A DNA stretch of 64,000 bases, from NCBI GenBank assembly GCA_034189385.1, contig JAXHVD010000022.1:1-64000 (forward strand), in the 5' to 3' direction. Positions 17,912 to 28,366 of the stretch are shown here, one piece after another; positions within the stretch are counted from its first letter, which is position 1, and every line of letters starts with the position of its first letter. Origin of the DNA: Thermodesulfobacteriota bacterium. Lineage in GTDB: Bacteria; Desulfobacterota; Desulfobacteria; Desulfobacterales; C00003060. Below the pieces are notes generated by a model that did no database searches, was not told where the DNA came from, and was given only the letters and a program-made list of their open reading frames with translations. A program made the translations under genes and the position numbers.

Positions 17912-19231
17912 ATGAGACCAACCCTAGGAAGACTGGCAACGTTGTGGGTCTTGATGCTGCTTTCGGTTTCTCTTGTCTCGTGCAACGGAAACGGAGGCGA
18001 CAGTGGCGCTTCATCGCAGACAGTCCAAGGGGCCTTCATCGCCTCTGAGAGGGAGCGGAGCATGGTCCCCGCAACCAGTCCATGGGATGTAGATGAGCTT
18101 GTTGAGGGGAACACGGACTTTGCCTTTGACCTGTATCAGGCCCTGCGAGACGAAGATGATAATGTGATCTATTCGCCTTACAGCATTTCTCTGGCCCTGG
18201 CCATGACCTTTGGAGGCGCCAGACATCAGACAGAAATGCAGATGGCAGAGACCCTCAACTTCACCTTGGGCCAAGAAGGGGTCCACCCTGCCTTTAATGC
18301 CCTTGACTTGGAACTGGAAAGACGCGGAAAAGGTGCCCAGGGCAGTGATGGAAAAGGATTCCGGCTTCATGTCGCCAACGCCATTTGGGGGCAGGCCGGC
18401 TATTCGTTCCTTTCAGATTTTCTTGATACCCTGGCCGAGAACTATGGGGCCGGTTTAAGGTTGCTCGATTTTGCCGCCGTGCCGGAAGAATCCCGCCTTA
18501 CGATCAATGACTGGGTCAGTGATGAGACTGAAGAAAGGATCCCAGATTTGCTTCCCCCGGGGTCTGTCACCTCCCTTACCCGGCTGGTCCTCACCAACGC
18601 TATTTACTTTAATGCTGCCTGGAATTTTCCCTTTGACGAGTTGGGAACCCAACCGGGTTTGTTTCATCTCCTAGGCGGCGGTGAGGTCACAGCGGACATG
18701 ATGTCCCAGGTGGAGCACTTCAACTACTTTAGGGGGAGCTATTATCAGGTAATCGAACTCCCCTATGATGGCCATGAGCTTTCCATGGTGATCTTCATCC
18801 CCGATGAAGGGTGGTTTGAAGCATTTGAAAACGTCTTGACGGCGGACAAGGTGGACGAGATGGTAAAAGGACTGTCTCCCGAAAACGTGAGCTTGACCAT
18901 GCCCAAATTTACGTTCGACTTTGGCCTCAGCCTGAATCAAATCCTGGCAGCCATGGGGATGCCTGACGCCTTTGATCCCACGGCGGCCGATTTCTCGGGC
19001 ATGGACGGTTCCCGCAGCCTTTTTATCTCAAATGTTTTGCACAAGGCCTTCATCGCTGTGGATGAAGAAGGCACAGAGGCTGCTGCTGCAACGGCAGTGG
19101 TGATGGAACTGACCGCTGTGCTTGATCCTCCCATTGTGGTGTCCATTGACCGGCCCTTTGTCTTTATGATTCGAGACTTGGAGACAAGGACAGTGCTTTT
19201 CATGGGCCGGGTCTTGCATCCTGAGACTTGA
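17912..19231 (+). CDS. Serpin family lipoprotein
   Basis: Lipobox LVSC; YSPYSIS, LTNAIYF..W, hinge EEGTEAAAATAV, DRPFVFMI. Confidence 0.93.
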   Translation: MRPTLGRLATLWVLMLLSVSLVSCNGNGGDSGASSQTVQGAFIASERERSMVPATSPWDVDELVEGNTDFAFDLYQALRDEDDNVIYSPYSISLALAMTFGGARHQTEMQMAETLNFTLGQEGVHPAFNALDLELERRGKGAQGSDGKGFRLHVANAIWGQAGYSFLSDFLDTLAENYGAGLRLLDFAAVPEESRLTINDWVSDETEERIPDLLPPGSVTSLTRLVLTNAIYFNAAWNFPFDELGTQPGLFHLLGGGEVTADMMSQVEHFNYFRGSYYQVIELPYDGHELSMVIFIPDEGWFEAFENVLTADKVDEMVKGLSPENVSLTMPKFTFDFGLSLNQILAAMGMPDAFDPTAADFSGMDGSRSLFISNVLHKAFIAVDEEGTEAAAATAVVMELTAVLDPPIVVSIDRPFVFMIRDLETRTVLFMGRVLHPET

Positions 19232-19446
19232 TGGTTTCGTAAGAAGTCTTTTGCAAAAGAGATTGAGTTCGCCGTGGCGGAGGAGAAAAGCATTGGAGAT
19301 GCTCGGCGTTAGAAAATATCCCGATCGTCGGGATCTCAGGGCCCTTTCTCAAAAAAAGAAGGGGGATCGGAATTTGCTTGGAAGGGAAAGAAAGTGCCTG
19401 CCTGTAAAGACGGACTCCAGGCAGGCACAAGTCGCAGTTCGGTGCT

Positions 19447-20121
19447 TTAGAGTTTTGACATGAGCTCTTCTGTCACTTCTGTGACGCTGGGCGCTCCGTC
19501 AAGGGTGATGTACTTGATCTTGCCTTCTTTTTCAGCTAGGTCTTTGAAATAGTAAGCAGCGGCCAAGGTGCCGGTGTCCGTATCGTAGTAAATAGCGTGG
19601 CGTTTGTCGATCGCCCCTTCGTCTTGATCATCCGATCGGGCCGAAAGCTCCCCGCCGCACACGCGGCATTTGTCGCCATTTGGTTTAATGGCATCGATGA
19701 AGATGTTATTCGGATGGTTGTTGTCGTTGGCACAGAGCCTGCGGCCCATGATGCGGTTTTTGGCAATCTGTCGATCCAGAAGCACCTCGACAACGATATT
19801 CAGATCCAAACCCGATGCCTTAAGGGCTTCGTCCAGCTTGATGGACTGTGCCTTGCTCCTGGGGAACCCATCGAGTAGCCAACCATTCTTGCAATCGTCT
19901 TGCTTCAGACGGTCCAGGATCATGGGAATGGTGATTTCATCTGGCACCAGTTCCCCACGGTCTATATACTCTTTGGCCTTCTTGCCGATGTCCGTGCCTT
20001 TGCCGATGTTTTCTCGAAAGATCGCACCTGATTCAATGTGAGGCAGGTTGTACTTGTCCTTCACGATCGCTCCCTGTGTTCCCTTGCCACTGCCGTTTGG
20101 TCCAAACATCAAAATGTTCAT
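19447..20121 (-). CDS. adk: Adenylate kinase with metal-binding LID (C-x5-H-x15-C-x2-C)
   Basis: GPNGSGKGTQ, LDGFPR, CANDNNH...CRVC. Confidence 0.97.
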   Translation of the reverse strand: MNILMFGPNGSGKGTQGAIVKDKYNLPHIESGAIFRENIGKGTDIGKKAKEYIDRGELVPDEITIPMILDRLKQDDCKNGWLLDGFPRSKAQSIKLDEALKASGLDLNIVVEVLLDRQIAKNRIMGRRLCANDNNHPNNIFIDAIKPNGDKCRVCGGELSARSDDQDEGAIDKRHAIYYDTDTGTLAAAYYFKDLAEKEGKIKYITLDGAPSVTEVTEELMSKL

Positions 20122-20350
20122 ACACCTCTCCTTTCTTGACTATTTTTTAGCGGAAATGCAGATGTGAGGTCTGACCTGGAGATTAGAGTTGATCTCGCAC
20201 AGTGGCTCAGGTATAAGAATTTGGACAGTTTGTCAAGAAGTTTGAGTTGCTTGAAACCAGGTGCCCTATTTTTTTCTTGACAGGGCAAGGTAAGGAGATT
20301 TAAAAGAATGGGTTTTCAAGCACCTTACAATCAAAAGAAGAGAATGGATT

Positions 20351-20785
20351 ATGAAAACATACAGCGCGAAAATAGAAGAAGTTGACAGGGCATGGCACGT
20401 CATTGATGCCAGCGGGTGCGTGTTGGGCAGACTGGCTGCCCTCGTTGCCACCCGCCTCAGGGGAAAGCACAAGCCCACGTACACGCCTCATGTAGACACA
20501 GGCGATCACGTCATTGTCGTTAACGCGGCAAAGGTGACCCTGACCGGTAGAAAACTGGACCAGAAGATGTACTACCACCACAGTGGCTATATGGGGGGGC
20601 TGAAGTCTGCCACGGCCAAGCAGCTCTTGGAGAAGCGGCCTGGAGATCTGGTCATCCATGCCGTGAGAGGGATGCTTCCGAAGAACAGGCTCGGCCGCAA
20701 GATGCTCAAGAAGCTCAAGGTGTATGCTGGGCCCGATCATCCACACGTGGCACAGCAACCACAACCACTGCAACTTCAAGTGTAG
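20351..20785 (+). CDS. rplM: 50S ribosomal protein L13
   Basis: [33 protein letters not shown]. Confidence 0.99.
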   Translation: MKTYSAKIEEVDRAWHVIDASGCVLGRLAALVATRLRGKHKPTYTPHVDTGDHVIVVNAAKVTLTGRKLDQKMYYHHSGYMGGLKSATAKQLLEKRPGDLVIHAVRGMLPKNRLGRKMLKKLKVYAGPDHPHVAQQPQPLQLQV

Positions 20786-20794
20786 GAGAATTCC

Positions 20795-21184
20795 ATGCCA
20801 GAAGTCTATTATGGTACCGGTAAACGGAAAACATCCGTGGCCAGGACATGGGTCAAACCGGGAAGCGGAAACATTACGATCAACAGGCGCAGTATTGACA
20901 ATTATTTCGGCAGAGAGACGGCCAAGATGATTGTAGAACAACCCCTCGTTTTGACGGATACTTCCGGCAAGTTTGACATTACTGTCAATGTCTCTGGCGG
21001 CGGTATTTCGGGCCAGGCGTCAGCCATTCGGCACGGTATCACCAAGGCCTTGCTGCAGGTGAATCCCGAATATCGACAGGTCCTGAAGAAGGCCGGTTTT
21101 GTGACACGGGATCCAAGGATAAAAGAGAGGAAGAAATACGGGCAAAGAGGGGCCCGTGCCCACTTCCAGTATTCCAAGCGATAG
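20795..21184 (+). CDS. rpsI: 30S ribosomal protein S9
   Basis: [24 protein letters not shown]...QYSKR. Confidence 0.99.
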   Translation: MPEVYYGTGKRKTSVARTWVKPGSGNITINRRSIDNYFGRETAKMIVEQPLVLTDTSGKFDITVNVSGGGISGQASAIRHGITKALLQVNPEYRQVLKKAGFVTRDPRIKERKKYGQRGARAHFQYSKR

Positions 21185-21330
21185 ATCAAGGGGCCTTTTG
21201 GTGAACAGCTTTAGGGAGGGGGTTTAGGGCTTCTTCCCTTTTTTTTCTCTTTTAAGGGACGTGTTGGAGGGGCGTTTAGGGCGTCAAACCGCTAGAGTCC
21301 ATAGGAACGACAGACGGAGGTGAATCGATC

Positions 21331-21555
21331 GTGGCCAAAGAAGAAGCTATAGAGGTCCGTGGTAAGGTCATCCAGGACATGTCACACGGCACCTACAAGG
21401 TGGAGCTGGAGAACAAACACCAGATACTTGCCCATCCCTGTGGAAAGATGCGAAAGTATTCGATAAAGATCCTTCCTGGAGACATGGTGAAGGTGGAGCT
21501 GTCGCCCTATGATCTTTCCCGTGGGAGGATTACGTATCGTTTTAGCGGCCGTTAG
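21331..21555 (+). CDS. infA: Translation initiation factor IF-1
   Basis: [14 protein letters not shown]...[31 protein letters not shown]. Confidence 0.95.
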   Translation: MAKEEAIEVRGKVIQDMSHGTYKVELENKHQILAHPCGKMRKYSIKILPGDMVKVELSPYDLSRGRITYRFSGR

Positions 21556-21937
21556 GACGAGGGGCGCAAAAATGAGTCATCCCCTTTTCTGCCTCTGTCT
21601 TGGCTTTCACTGTTGCCTGCTTCTAATGCCCAGCGTCTAAACGGCAAGACAGGCCTTTCTGACCATGATCTGAGCCCTTTTTTCATCACGCCTCTTTTCC
21701 TTCCATAAGAAACTGTCTCCCCCATCCTGGGCACGCGCCCACGAAATCGTGACAACGCGCCGCGGCATGCCTCGGATGCCCCTGCAATCAGCGCGTGATG
21801 CCACGGGAGGCTCAAGACCATCGGGCCCACGGTCTGGCCATTGTCCGGATGAGGCACAACGGCCTGCCATAAAAAGACTCCTGGCAAGGTGGACCGGGCT
21901 GTAGACTAGACGGTGCCCTTTGGAGGAGATTTTTGAT

Positions 21938-21966
21938 TTGACAAGTCTAGGGCTTTCCCATAAAGT
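21938..21966 (+). promoter_or_regulatory. Sigma70-type promoter for argC
   Basis: TTGACA-17 nt-TAAAGT. Confidence 0.55.
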
Positions 21967-22044
21967 CGTTTTACAAGAATAACTGGTGGTTAGGACGAAA
22001 TCAGGCCATCAAGGCTGAGCGTCCCCACGCTCCTAGGAGGCACG

Positions 22045-23082
22045 ATGGTAAGAGCAGCAGTCATTGGCGCAACGGGCTATGCAGGGGCCGAGTTGGTGCG
22101 GCTCCTCTCTGGTCATCCTCATGTAGAGCTGTCCATGGTCACCTCCCGCCAGCATGCGGGCACCCCCTTTTCCCATATCTACCCGGCCATGGCCGGAAAG
22201 GTGGAATTGACCTGTGCATCCTTTTCTCAAGAGGCTGTGTGTGAGGCCGCTGACGTGGTCTTTACGGCCCTTCCTCACAAGGCATCCATGGATGTGGTGC
22301 CGGGACTCATTGACGGGGGCAAAAAAGTCGTTGATCTGAGTGCCGATTTCAGGTTCAAGGACCCCGCCACCTATGAGGCCTGGTATGAACCCCATCAGGC
22401 AAGGGACCTGCTCAAGACTGCCGTCTACGGGCTTCCTGAAGTCTATTCCGATCAGATCCAAGGCGCCTCCCTTATTGGCAATCCAGGCTGCTATCCTACC
22501 AGCGTCCTTCTTCCCTTGCTGCCCTTGGTCAAGGCGTCCTTTGTGGATCTTGACAGCATCGTGGCAGACTCAAAATCCGGCACAAGTGGCGCTGGGCGAG
22601 CAGTAAGCCTGGGCACCCATTTCTGCGAGGTCAACGAAGGCTTTAAGGCCTACAAGGTTGCAGAGCATCGTCATAACCCGGAGATGAACGAAGTCTTGAG
22701 CCTCTTTGCGGGACGGACGATGCATATTACTTTCACACCCCATTTGGTGCCCATGACCCGTGGCATGCTAACGACCACGTACGTGGGGCTGAACGAAAGG
22801 ATTGCCCCCGAGGAAGTGGCTTTGCGTCTTGATTCCTTTTATGGGGAAAAGCCTTTTGTTCGTATATGTCGGCCCGGTACCTTTCCCAACACAATGTTCG
22901 TCAAGGGGACAAATTATTGCGATATTGGGTTGAAAGTGGCCCAGGACACGGGACGACTTGTCCTTGTGTCTGCCATCGACAATCTCGTGAAAGGGGCTTC
23001 GGGCCAAGCCGTGCAGAACATGAACCTCATGTTCGGGTTTCCCGAGACGGCAGGTTTGGATCAGGTTCCCTTTCCTCTGTAG
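22045..23082 (+). CDS. argC: N-acetyl-gamma-glutamyl-phosphate reductase
   Basis: GATGYAGAEL, DLSADFR, NPGCYPT, DNLVKGASGQAVQNMN. Confidence 0.98.
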   Translation: MVRAAVIGATGYAGAELVRLLSGHPHVELSMVTSRQHAGTPFSHIYPAMAGKVELTCASFSQEAVCEAADVVFTALPHKASMDVVPGLIDGGKKVVDLSADFRFKDPATYEAWYEPHQARDLLKTAVYGLPEVYSDQIQGASLIGNPGCYPTSVLLPLLPLVKASFVDLDSIVADSKSGTSGAGRAVSLGTHFCEVNEGFKAYKVAEHRHNPEMNEVLSLFAGRTMHITFTPHLVPMTRGMLTTTYVGLNERIAPEEVALRLDSFYGEKPFVRICRPGTFPNTMFVKGTNYCDIGLKVAQDTGRLVLVSAIDNLVKGASGQAVQNMNLMFGFPETAGLDQVPFPL

Positions 23083-23244
23083 TGGCGTCCATGAGGCGGG
23101 CTGGAGGGAACGTCCACCCTGGAAGCTTCGATAAGGTCTAACCCCCTTGCCGTGCCGGCACGCTTTCCGGTCTGATCATCGTTGATAGGGCATCTCTGCC
23201 TGCTCTCTTGGACAGAGGCTCACGCCTTAACAGGTTGCCATTCG

Positions 23245-24015
23245 ATGAAGCGAAACTTTAAACTGGTCATGGAATACGACGGCACGGGCTATCATGGATG
23301 GCAGCGCCAGAAAGAGATTCCAACCATTCAGGGGACCATTGAGACGCAATTAAAGACCATGACAGGGCAGTCCGTGACTGTCATAGGGTCAGGCCGCACC
23401 GATGCCGGCGTGCACGCCCTGAACCAGGTAGCCAACTTTGTGGTGGACACCCAACTCACCGCCGACATCTTCAAGAAGGGTCTGAACAGTCTTCTTCCCG
23501 CAGACATCGTGATCAAAGAATGCCAGGAGGTGGACACCGCCTTCCATGCGCGATATGATGCGTTGAGCAAGACCTATGATTATCGCCTATTGAATCACCC
23601 TGTGCGGGCAGCGCTCCTTCGGCAGTTCGCCTGGCACATCAGAAAACCCCTTGACGAAAAGGCCATGAGGGTGGCCATGGAATGTCTCAAGGGCGAACAC
23701 GACTTCTCAGCCTTTGAGGCCGTTGGAAGCCCCAGGTCCCACTCCAGAAGGACCGCCCTGAATGTGGGCCTGACGGCAAAAGATCCCAAGGGTTACTTGG
23801 TTTTTAGCATGGAGGCTGATGGATTTTTGCGCTCCATGGTCCGCAACGTCGTGGGGACCCTGGTGGATGTAGGTGTGGGGAGAATGTCCCCAGAGGGGTT
23901 TGGAGATGTCTTGGCTTCAAAGGATCGTAAACAGGCAGGGATCACGGCCCCTCCACAGGGCCTGTTCCTAAGGGAAGTAAAATACCAGCACACTTCCGGT
24001 TCAACGGGCTGGTAA
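23245..24015 (+). CDS. truA: tRNA pseudouridine(38-40) synthase
   Basis: EYDGTGYHGWQRQ, GSGRTDAGVHA, FHARY, MVRNVVG, APPQGLFL. Confidence 0.97.
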   Translation: MKRNFKLVMEYDGTGYHGWQRQKEIPTIQGTIETQLKTMTGQSVTVIGSGRTDAGVHALNQVANFVVDTQLTADIFKKGLNSLLPADIVIKECQEVDTAFHARYDALSKTYDYRLLNHPVRAALLRQFAWHIRKPLDEKAMRVAMECLKGEHDFSAFEAVGSPRSHSRRTALNVGLTAKDPKGYLVFSMEADGFLRSMVRNVVGTLVDVGVGRMSPEGFGDVLASKDRKQAGITAPPQGLFLREVKYQHTSGSTGW

Positions 24016-24175
24016 CGTTTAAGAGTTGAGGCAAATCCTCTTAGCAGGCAGCTAAGAGGATAGGGAGGATAATGGTATGCGGGCTACTTAAAGGCATTGG
24101 ATGCCGAAGAGAAGCGATTCGCCCTATCGGGAAGTCGTGTGTCCAGAAATAGACTGTCACAATCTGAACGTTACT
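24011..24175 (-). mobile_element. MITE family A, copy 1 (165 bp, internally deleted)
   Basis: TIRs GGTAACGTTTA / TGAACGTTACT; 8-bp TSD AACGGGCT (24003-24010, 24176-24183); reverse-complement homology to 42135-42338. Confidence 0.88.
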
Positions 24176-24198
24176 AACGGGCTGGAAGCGGTCATTTC

Positions 24199-26460
24199 TC
24201 ATCGGCCCTTGTGGCTGCGCTTAATGACAAAATCGTCATAGGTGGACATGATATCCCTTCGGCTGATGACTCCAAGGAGGCGCCCGGGATCCTGTGGGTG
24301 GACCACAGGGAGGATGGAGAAATCTCCTTGGGTAATTCTGGTGAGGCCTAAAAAGAGACTATCTTCTTCTGTCACCGTGACCAGATTGCGTGTGGCGATG
24401 TCTTTTGCAGTGAGCCCCTTTTCTCTTTCCCCCTCAGAAGCCTTCTGGCAGTCTGATAAAGAGATGATGCCAACGAGTCGATCATTGGCGTCCATGACAC
24501 AGAAGCTGTTGAACTTGCTTTTGTAAACGAAGTCCTGGAGGCTCTTAAAAGACATGTCAGCGTCGACGGTTTCAGCTCCCCGTCTCATGGCCGCTCCCAC
24601 TGGGATGTTCTTCAGCTGACTGATTTCGCGATCAGATTCAATATCCACCCGTTGGTGACTTGATTTTATCTCTTCTACTCTCTGGTTATAATACTCAATG
24701 ACTTCCCTACGGTCCAGCATGCCCAGCAACACCCTGTGGTCTTCATCTTTGACAACAGGAAGCCTTTGAATGTTGCGAACGGTAAACTTTTTGAGCACCT
24801 CATTGAGATCTTCAGAGGGGGTTGTCACGATGATGCCTGGGTTGGCCACATCCTTCATGACGATGAGGTCTCCCATGGACTGGTCGAAGATGATTCCCCG
24901 AATATCGTTTATGGAGAATATGCCGGTCAACAATCTTTCTCTGTTCACGACTGGGAAGTAGTGCTGATCCGTAGAAGAGAAGATGTCCCTGAAGGCCGTC
25001 AAGGGCATATGTTCAGGCACAAGCTTCACATGTCTCACTTTGGGCATGAGCTCGTTGACCCGAATCGTGCCAAGGACGTCTACGAAGAAGTCACCGCGAT
25101 GGGCATTGGAGTCTATTCTTGTGGATACCTGTTTTTCGTAGATGGTCCATTTCTTGGTAAGCAAGTAAGCCAGAGAGCAGACAAGCAGACTGGGCAAGAG
25201 TAGATGATAAGAGTTGGTCATCTCACTGACAAAAATAATGGTGGAGATGGGGGCGTTGGAGACGGCAGCAAAGAAACCGGCCATGCCGACAACGACAAAG
25301 GCACCCGGCTCGGTCACAACGCTCGGTATGATGCTGTGGAAGATCCTCCCCACAGCTCCTCCAAAGGCCCCGCCGATGACAACAGAGGGGCCGAAAACAC
25401 CACCACTTCCGCCTGATCCTATAGAAAAAGAGGTAGTAAAAATTTTCCCAAAGGCCAGACCGAGGAGAAAGAGGGTAGGCAGTGCATTGTCCAGGGCCAT
25501 CTGGGCGGAACCGTAGCCAAAGGCAAGGGTTTCTTTCATGAAGAAGCAGCCGATAGCACCGGTGCAAAGGCCCCCAATGGCCGGCTTTAGATGATTTGGG
25601 ACGTTCCATTTACTGAAAAGCCGGTGCACTCCGTAGAAGGATTTCACATAGAGAATCCCACCGCCCGCTAGGACGAAGGCCAGCACGATGTAAGGTCCCA
25701 GCTCAATGGGGTTGCGAAAGACGAAATCCGGTGACTGAAACAGGGACCCCCATCCAAAGACGAGACAGAAAAGACAGTAGGCAACAACAGAAGAGATGCC
25801 TGCAGGTATAATGACCTCTGCCTCGAATTCAGGCTCACGGTAAAGGACCTCAGCAGCAAAGAGTGCCGCTGCCAATGGGGCGCGAAAGATGGCTCCAACG
25901 CCGGCACCGATACCGGCTGCCAACATGATACGACGTTGCCGGTCAGAGAGCTTGAGTCTTGTGGCAAGATAGGAGCCAAAGCCAGCTCCTATCTGGGCGA
26001 TGGGCCCTTCCCGGCCTCCTGAACCGCCCGTCGTGATGGTCACAGCGGAAGCGATGGTCTTTATAAAAGGGATTCTCCCTCGAACGAACCCTCCCTTGTT
26101 ATGGTAGGAGTCAATGGCGGCGTCTGTGCCGTGACCTTCAGCCTCAGGGGCAAAGGTATAAACCAGCCATCCGCTAAAGAGGCCGCCTAGAGAGGGCATG
26201 AGAAACAGCATCCAGGGGTTCAAGGGTTTGCCTGAAGGCAGAAAAAGGTGGGCCTCTCCAGCCGGGCCATGGGGACGATAGCCGGCCATCATCTCTAAGA
26301 AAACATATAGGCCCACTTGGCACAGATATTGAAAAACAATAGCGCCCAGCCCTGCAATGAGACCTATGAGGATGTAATAGAAGGTCCATTTGCCTGCGGA
26401 GGTGATGCGGGCAGTTGTCAGTCCGGCTGCGAAGTGAGTTGCCGAAGCCTTATTCTTCAA
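24199..26460 (-). CDS. ClC-family chloride channel/antiporter with two CBS pairs
   Basis: GHGTD, GGSGGREGP, GGVFGPS, extended C-terminus with four CBS motifs; start codon uncertain. Confidence 0.93.
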   Translation of the reverse strand: MKNKASATHFAAGLTTARITSAGKWTFYYILIGLIAGLGAIVFQYLCQVGLYVFLEMMAGYRPHGPAGEAHLFLPSGKPLNPWMLFLMPSLGGLFSGWLVYTFAPEAEGHGTDAAIDSYHNKGGFVRGRIPFIKTIASAVTITTGGSGGREGPIAQIGAGFGSYLATRLKLSDRQRRIMLAAGIGAGVGAIFRAPLAAALFAAEVLYREPEFEAEVIIPAGISSVVAYCLFCLVFGWGSLFQSPDFVFRNPIELGPYIVLAFVLAGGGILYVKSFYGVHRLFSKWNVPNHLKPAIGGLCTGAIGCFFMKETLAFGYGSAQMALDNALPTLFLLGLAFGKIFTTSFSIGSGGSGGVFGPSVVIGGAFGGAVGRIFHSIIPSVVTEPGAFVVVGMAGFFAAVSNAPISTIIFVSEMTNSYHLLLPSLLVCSLAYLLTKKWTIYEKQVSTRIDSNAHRGDFFVDVLGTIRVNELMPKVRHVKLVPEHMPLTAFRDIFSSTDQHYFPVVNRERLLTGIFSINDIRGIIFDQSMGDLIVMKDVANPGIIVTTPSEDLNEVLKKFTVRNIQRLPVVKDEDHRVLLGMLDRREVIEYYNQRVEEIKSSHQRVDIESDREISQLKNIPVGAAMRRGAETVDADMSFKSLQDFVYKSKFNSFCVMDANDRLVGIISLSDCQKASEGEREKGLTAKDIATRNLVTVTEEDSLFLGLTRITQGDFSILPVVHPQDPGRLLGVISRRDIMSTYDDFVIKRSHKGR

Positions 26461-26647
26461 AGGAATTGCCTTTTACTTCCATATTTGTTACTGGACGGGT
26501 CGTTCTGCGAACACCCCTATTGGCTATCAAAATATGTGTTCTTTGATTACGGGATTGACCAAATACGTGTGTCGACATAGACTTATAGTGACGGCCACAG
26601 CGTGGGTCAAGTGAAAAGCCCCAAAGAAACAGATGGGAGGGATGATC

Positions 26648-27841
26648 ATGTTGGTGTCCGAACGAATCAAGGCTATCAAACCGTCTCCGACCCTGGCCAT
26701 GAACGCAAAGGCCCTGTCTATGAGACAGGCAGGTGTGGATGTGATCAGCTTTGGTGTTGGAGAACCCGATTTTGACACACCTAAGCACATCTGCGAGGAA
26801 GCGGTCCGGGCCATGGAGGAGGGGTTTACGAGGTACACGGCCGTAGGGGGGGTGCCAGAGCTAAAAGATGCCATTATAGAGAAATTTGGGCAGGACAATG
26901 GCCTGCACTATGAGCGCGAGGAAGTCATGGTTTCCTGCGGAGGCAAACACGTGCTCTATAACTTGGCTCAGGCCACCTTGAACCCTGGTGATGAAGTTAT
27001 CATTGCTGCACCCTATTGGGTTTCTTATCCTCCCATTGTGGTTCTGGCGGGGGGGAGACCTGTCATTGTGGAAACAAAGGAGGCTGAGGACTTTAAGTTG
27101 TCTCCCCATGCCTTGGAGGATGCCATCACACCTCGAACCAAGCTGTTGATTCTAAATAGCCCTTCCAATCCCACGGGATCGGTTTACACCCAATCTGAAC
27201 TGGAGGCCTTGGCCGAAGTGGTCTTAAGGCACGACATATGGGTCGTCTCAGATGACATCTACGAAAAGCTCATTTTCGACGGCAAGCCCTTTTTCTGCAT
27301 CGCACAGGCAGGCGAGGAGGTCAAATCAAGGACGCTTGTTGTCAACGGGTTGTCCAAGGCCTATGCCATGACGGGCTGGCGTATCGGGTATGTGGGCGGG
27401 GCCCGTGAAGTCATTGCGGGGATGACAAAAATACAAAGCCAGAGCACATCAAATCCCAATTCCATCGCTCAGAGGGCTGCCATCGCGGCATTGAGGGGGC
27501 CGCAGGATTTAATTCCGGAGATGATGCAGGCCTTTCACGAGCGACGTAAGTACCTGGTAGATCGATTGAATGGTCTGCCTGGGGTCCAGTGCAACATGCC
27601 TGGGGGGGCTTTCTACGCCTTTCCCAATTTTAGCGCGTATTTCACAGACAACATGATAGACGGCAACATAGAAGGCTCTGCCAGTCTTTGCGAGTACCTC
27701 TTAACCGAGGCACGGGTGGCCCTTGTGCCGGGCGTTGCCTTTGGCGCAGACGATTTCATCAGATTCTCTTTTGCAACAAGCCTGGAGGTTATAAAGGAAG
27801 GGCTAGAGAGAGTAGAGGGGGCACTTCACAGGCTGGGGTAG
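26648..27841 (+). CDS. aspC: PLP-dependent class I aminotransferase (aspartate aminotransferase)
   Basis: GEPDFDTP, NSPSNPTG, SDDIY, SKAYAMTGWRIG. Confidence 0.9.
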   Translation: MLVSERIKAIKPSPTLAMNAKALSMRQAGVDVISFGVGEPDFDTPKHICEEAVRAMEEGFTRYTAVGGVPELKDAIIEKFGQDNGLHYEREEVMVSCGGKHVLYNLAQATLNPGDEVIIAAPYWVSYPPIVVLAGGRPVIVETKEAEDFKLSPHALEDAITPRTKLLILNSPSNPTGSVYTQSELEALAEVVLRHDIWVVSDDIYEKLIFDGKPFFCIAQAGEEVKSRTLVVNGLSKAYAMTGWRIGYVGGAREVIAGMTKIQSQSTSNPNSIAQRAAIAALRGPQDLIPEMMQAFHERRKYLVDRLNGLPGVQCNMPGGAFYAFPNFSAYFTDNMIDGNIEGSASLCEYLLTEARVALVPGVAFGADDFIRFSFATSLEVIKEGLERVEGALHRLG

Positions 27842-27873
27842 GCAATATTTAGTGCTGACAACTGGGGCATTGC

Positions 27874-28041
27874 ACGGGCTGTTGCCCAAATTCCTTTTCG
27901 TTTGGTCCAAGGTATCTTCTGATCACGCCCGGAGAGACCCAAGGCTTGCTCCGGTGACACGTCAAAACAAGACAGGCCAAGATTTGGCGGCAAAGACTTT
28001 TTGGTGATGGCCCAAAGGAATCTGTTTGGGCAACAGCCCGT
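27874..28041. mobile_element. MITE-like element with perfect 17-bp terminal inverted repeats
   Basis: ACGGGCTGTTGCCCAAA (27874-27890) / TTTGGGCAACAGCCCGT (28025-28041); non-coding interior. Confidence 0.7.
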
Positions 28042-28078
28042 TGTACGAATGACCACTGACAGATGGTGAGCGGTGGAA

Positions 28079-28366
28079 CTAGTGGGCATTTCGCTTGGAT
28101 GCCTTGAGCGGGTTGATCTTTGCACCATTTTCCCTGGCAGACGTCTTCACATGGGTGGCAAGGTTACATTTGCCGTTTTTCCATTTGAGTGAAGGGTCGG
28201 GGCAAGCTGTGCAATACCATCCTGAGACACATTCTGAGGCGCGGTCACAGCCCTCGCATTGTTCCACAATGGGATGGCACGTACCGCCATTGAAAGAACA
28301 CCCGTTCTTGGTCATAAATGGACACTCTACGCCGGGCTTTACAGTTGTACAGTCCATTGGAATCAC
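28079..28366 (-). CDS. PxxKW family cysteine-rich protein
   Basis: CEGC, YC...PSLKW..GKCNLATH, KINPLKASKR. Confidence 0.9.
   Translation of the reverse strand: MIPMDCTTVKPGVECPFMTKNGCSFNGGTCHPIVEQCEGCDRASECVSGWYCTACPDPSLKWKNGKCNLATHVKTSARENGAKINPLKASKRNAH

Noticed and set aside
21552..21900. Minus-strand ORFs between infA and argC
   Set aside because: No motif or convincing SD; probably non-coding or decayed sequence
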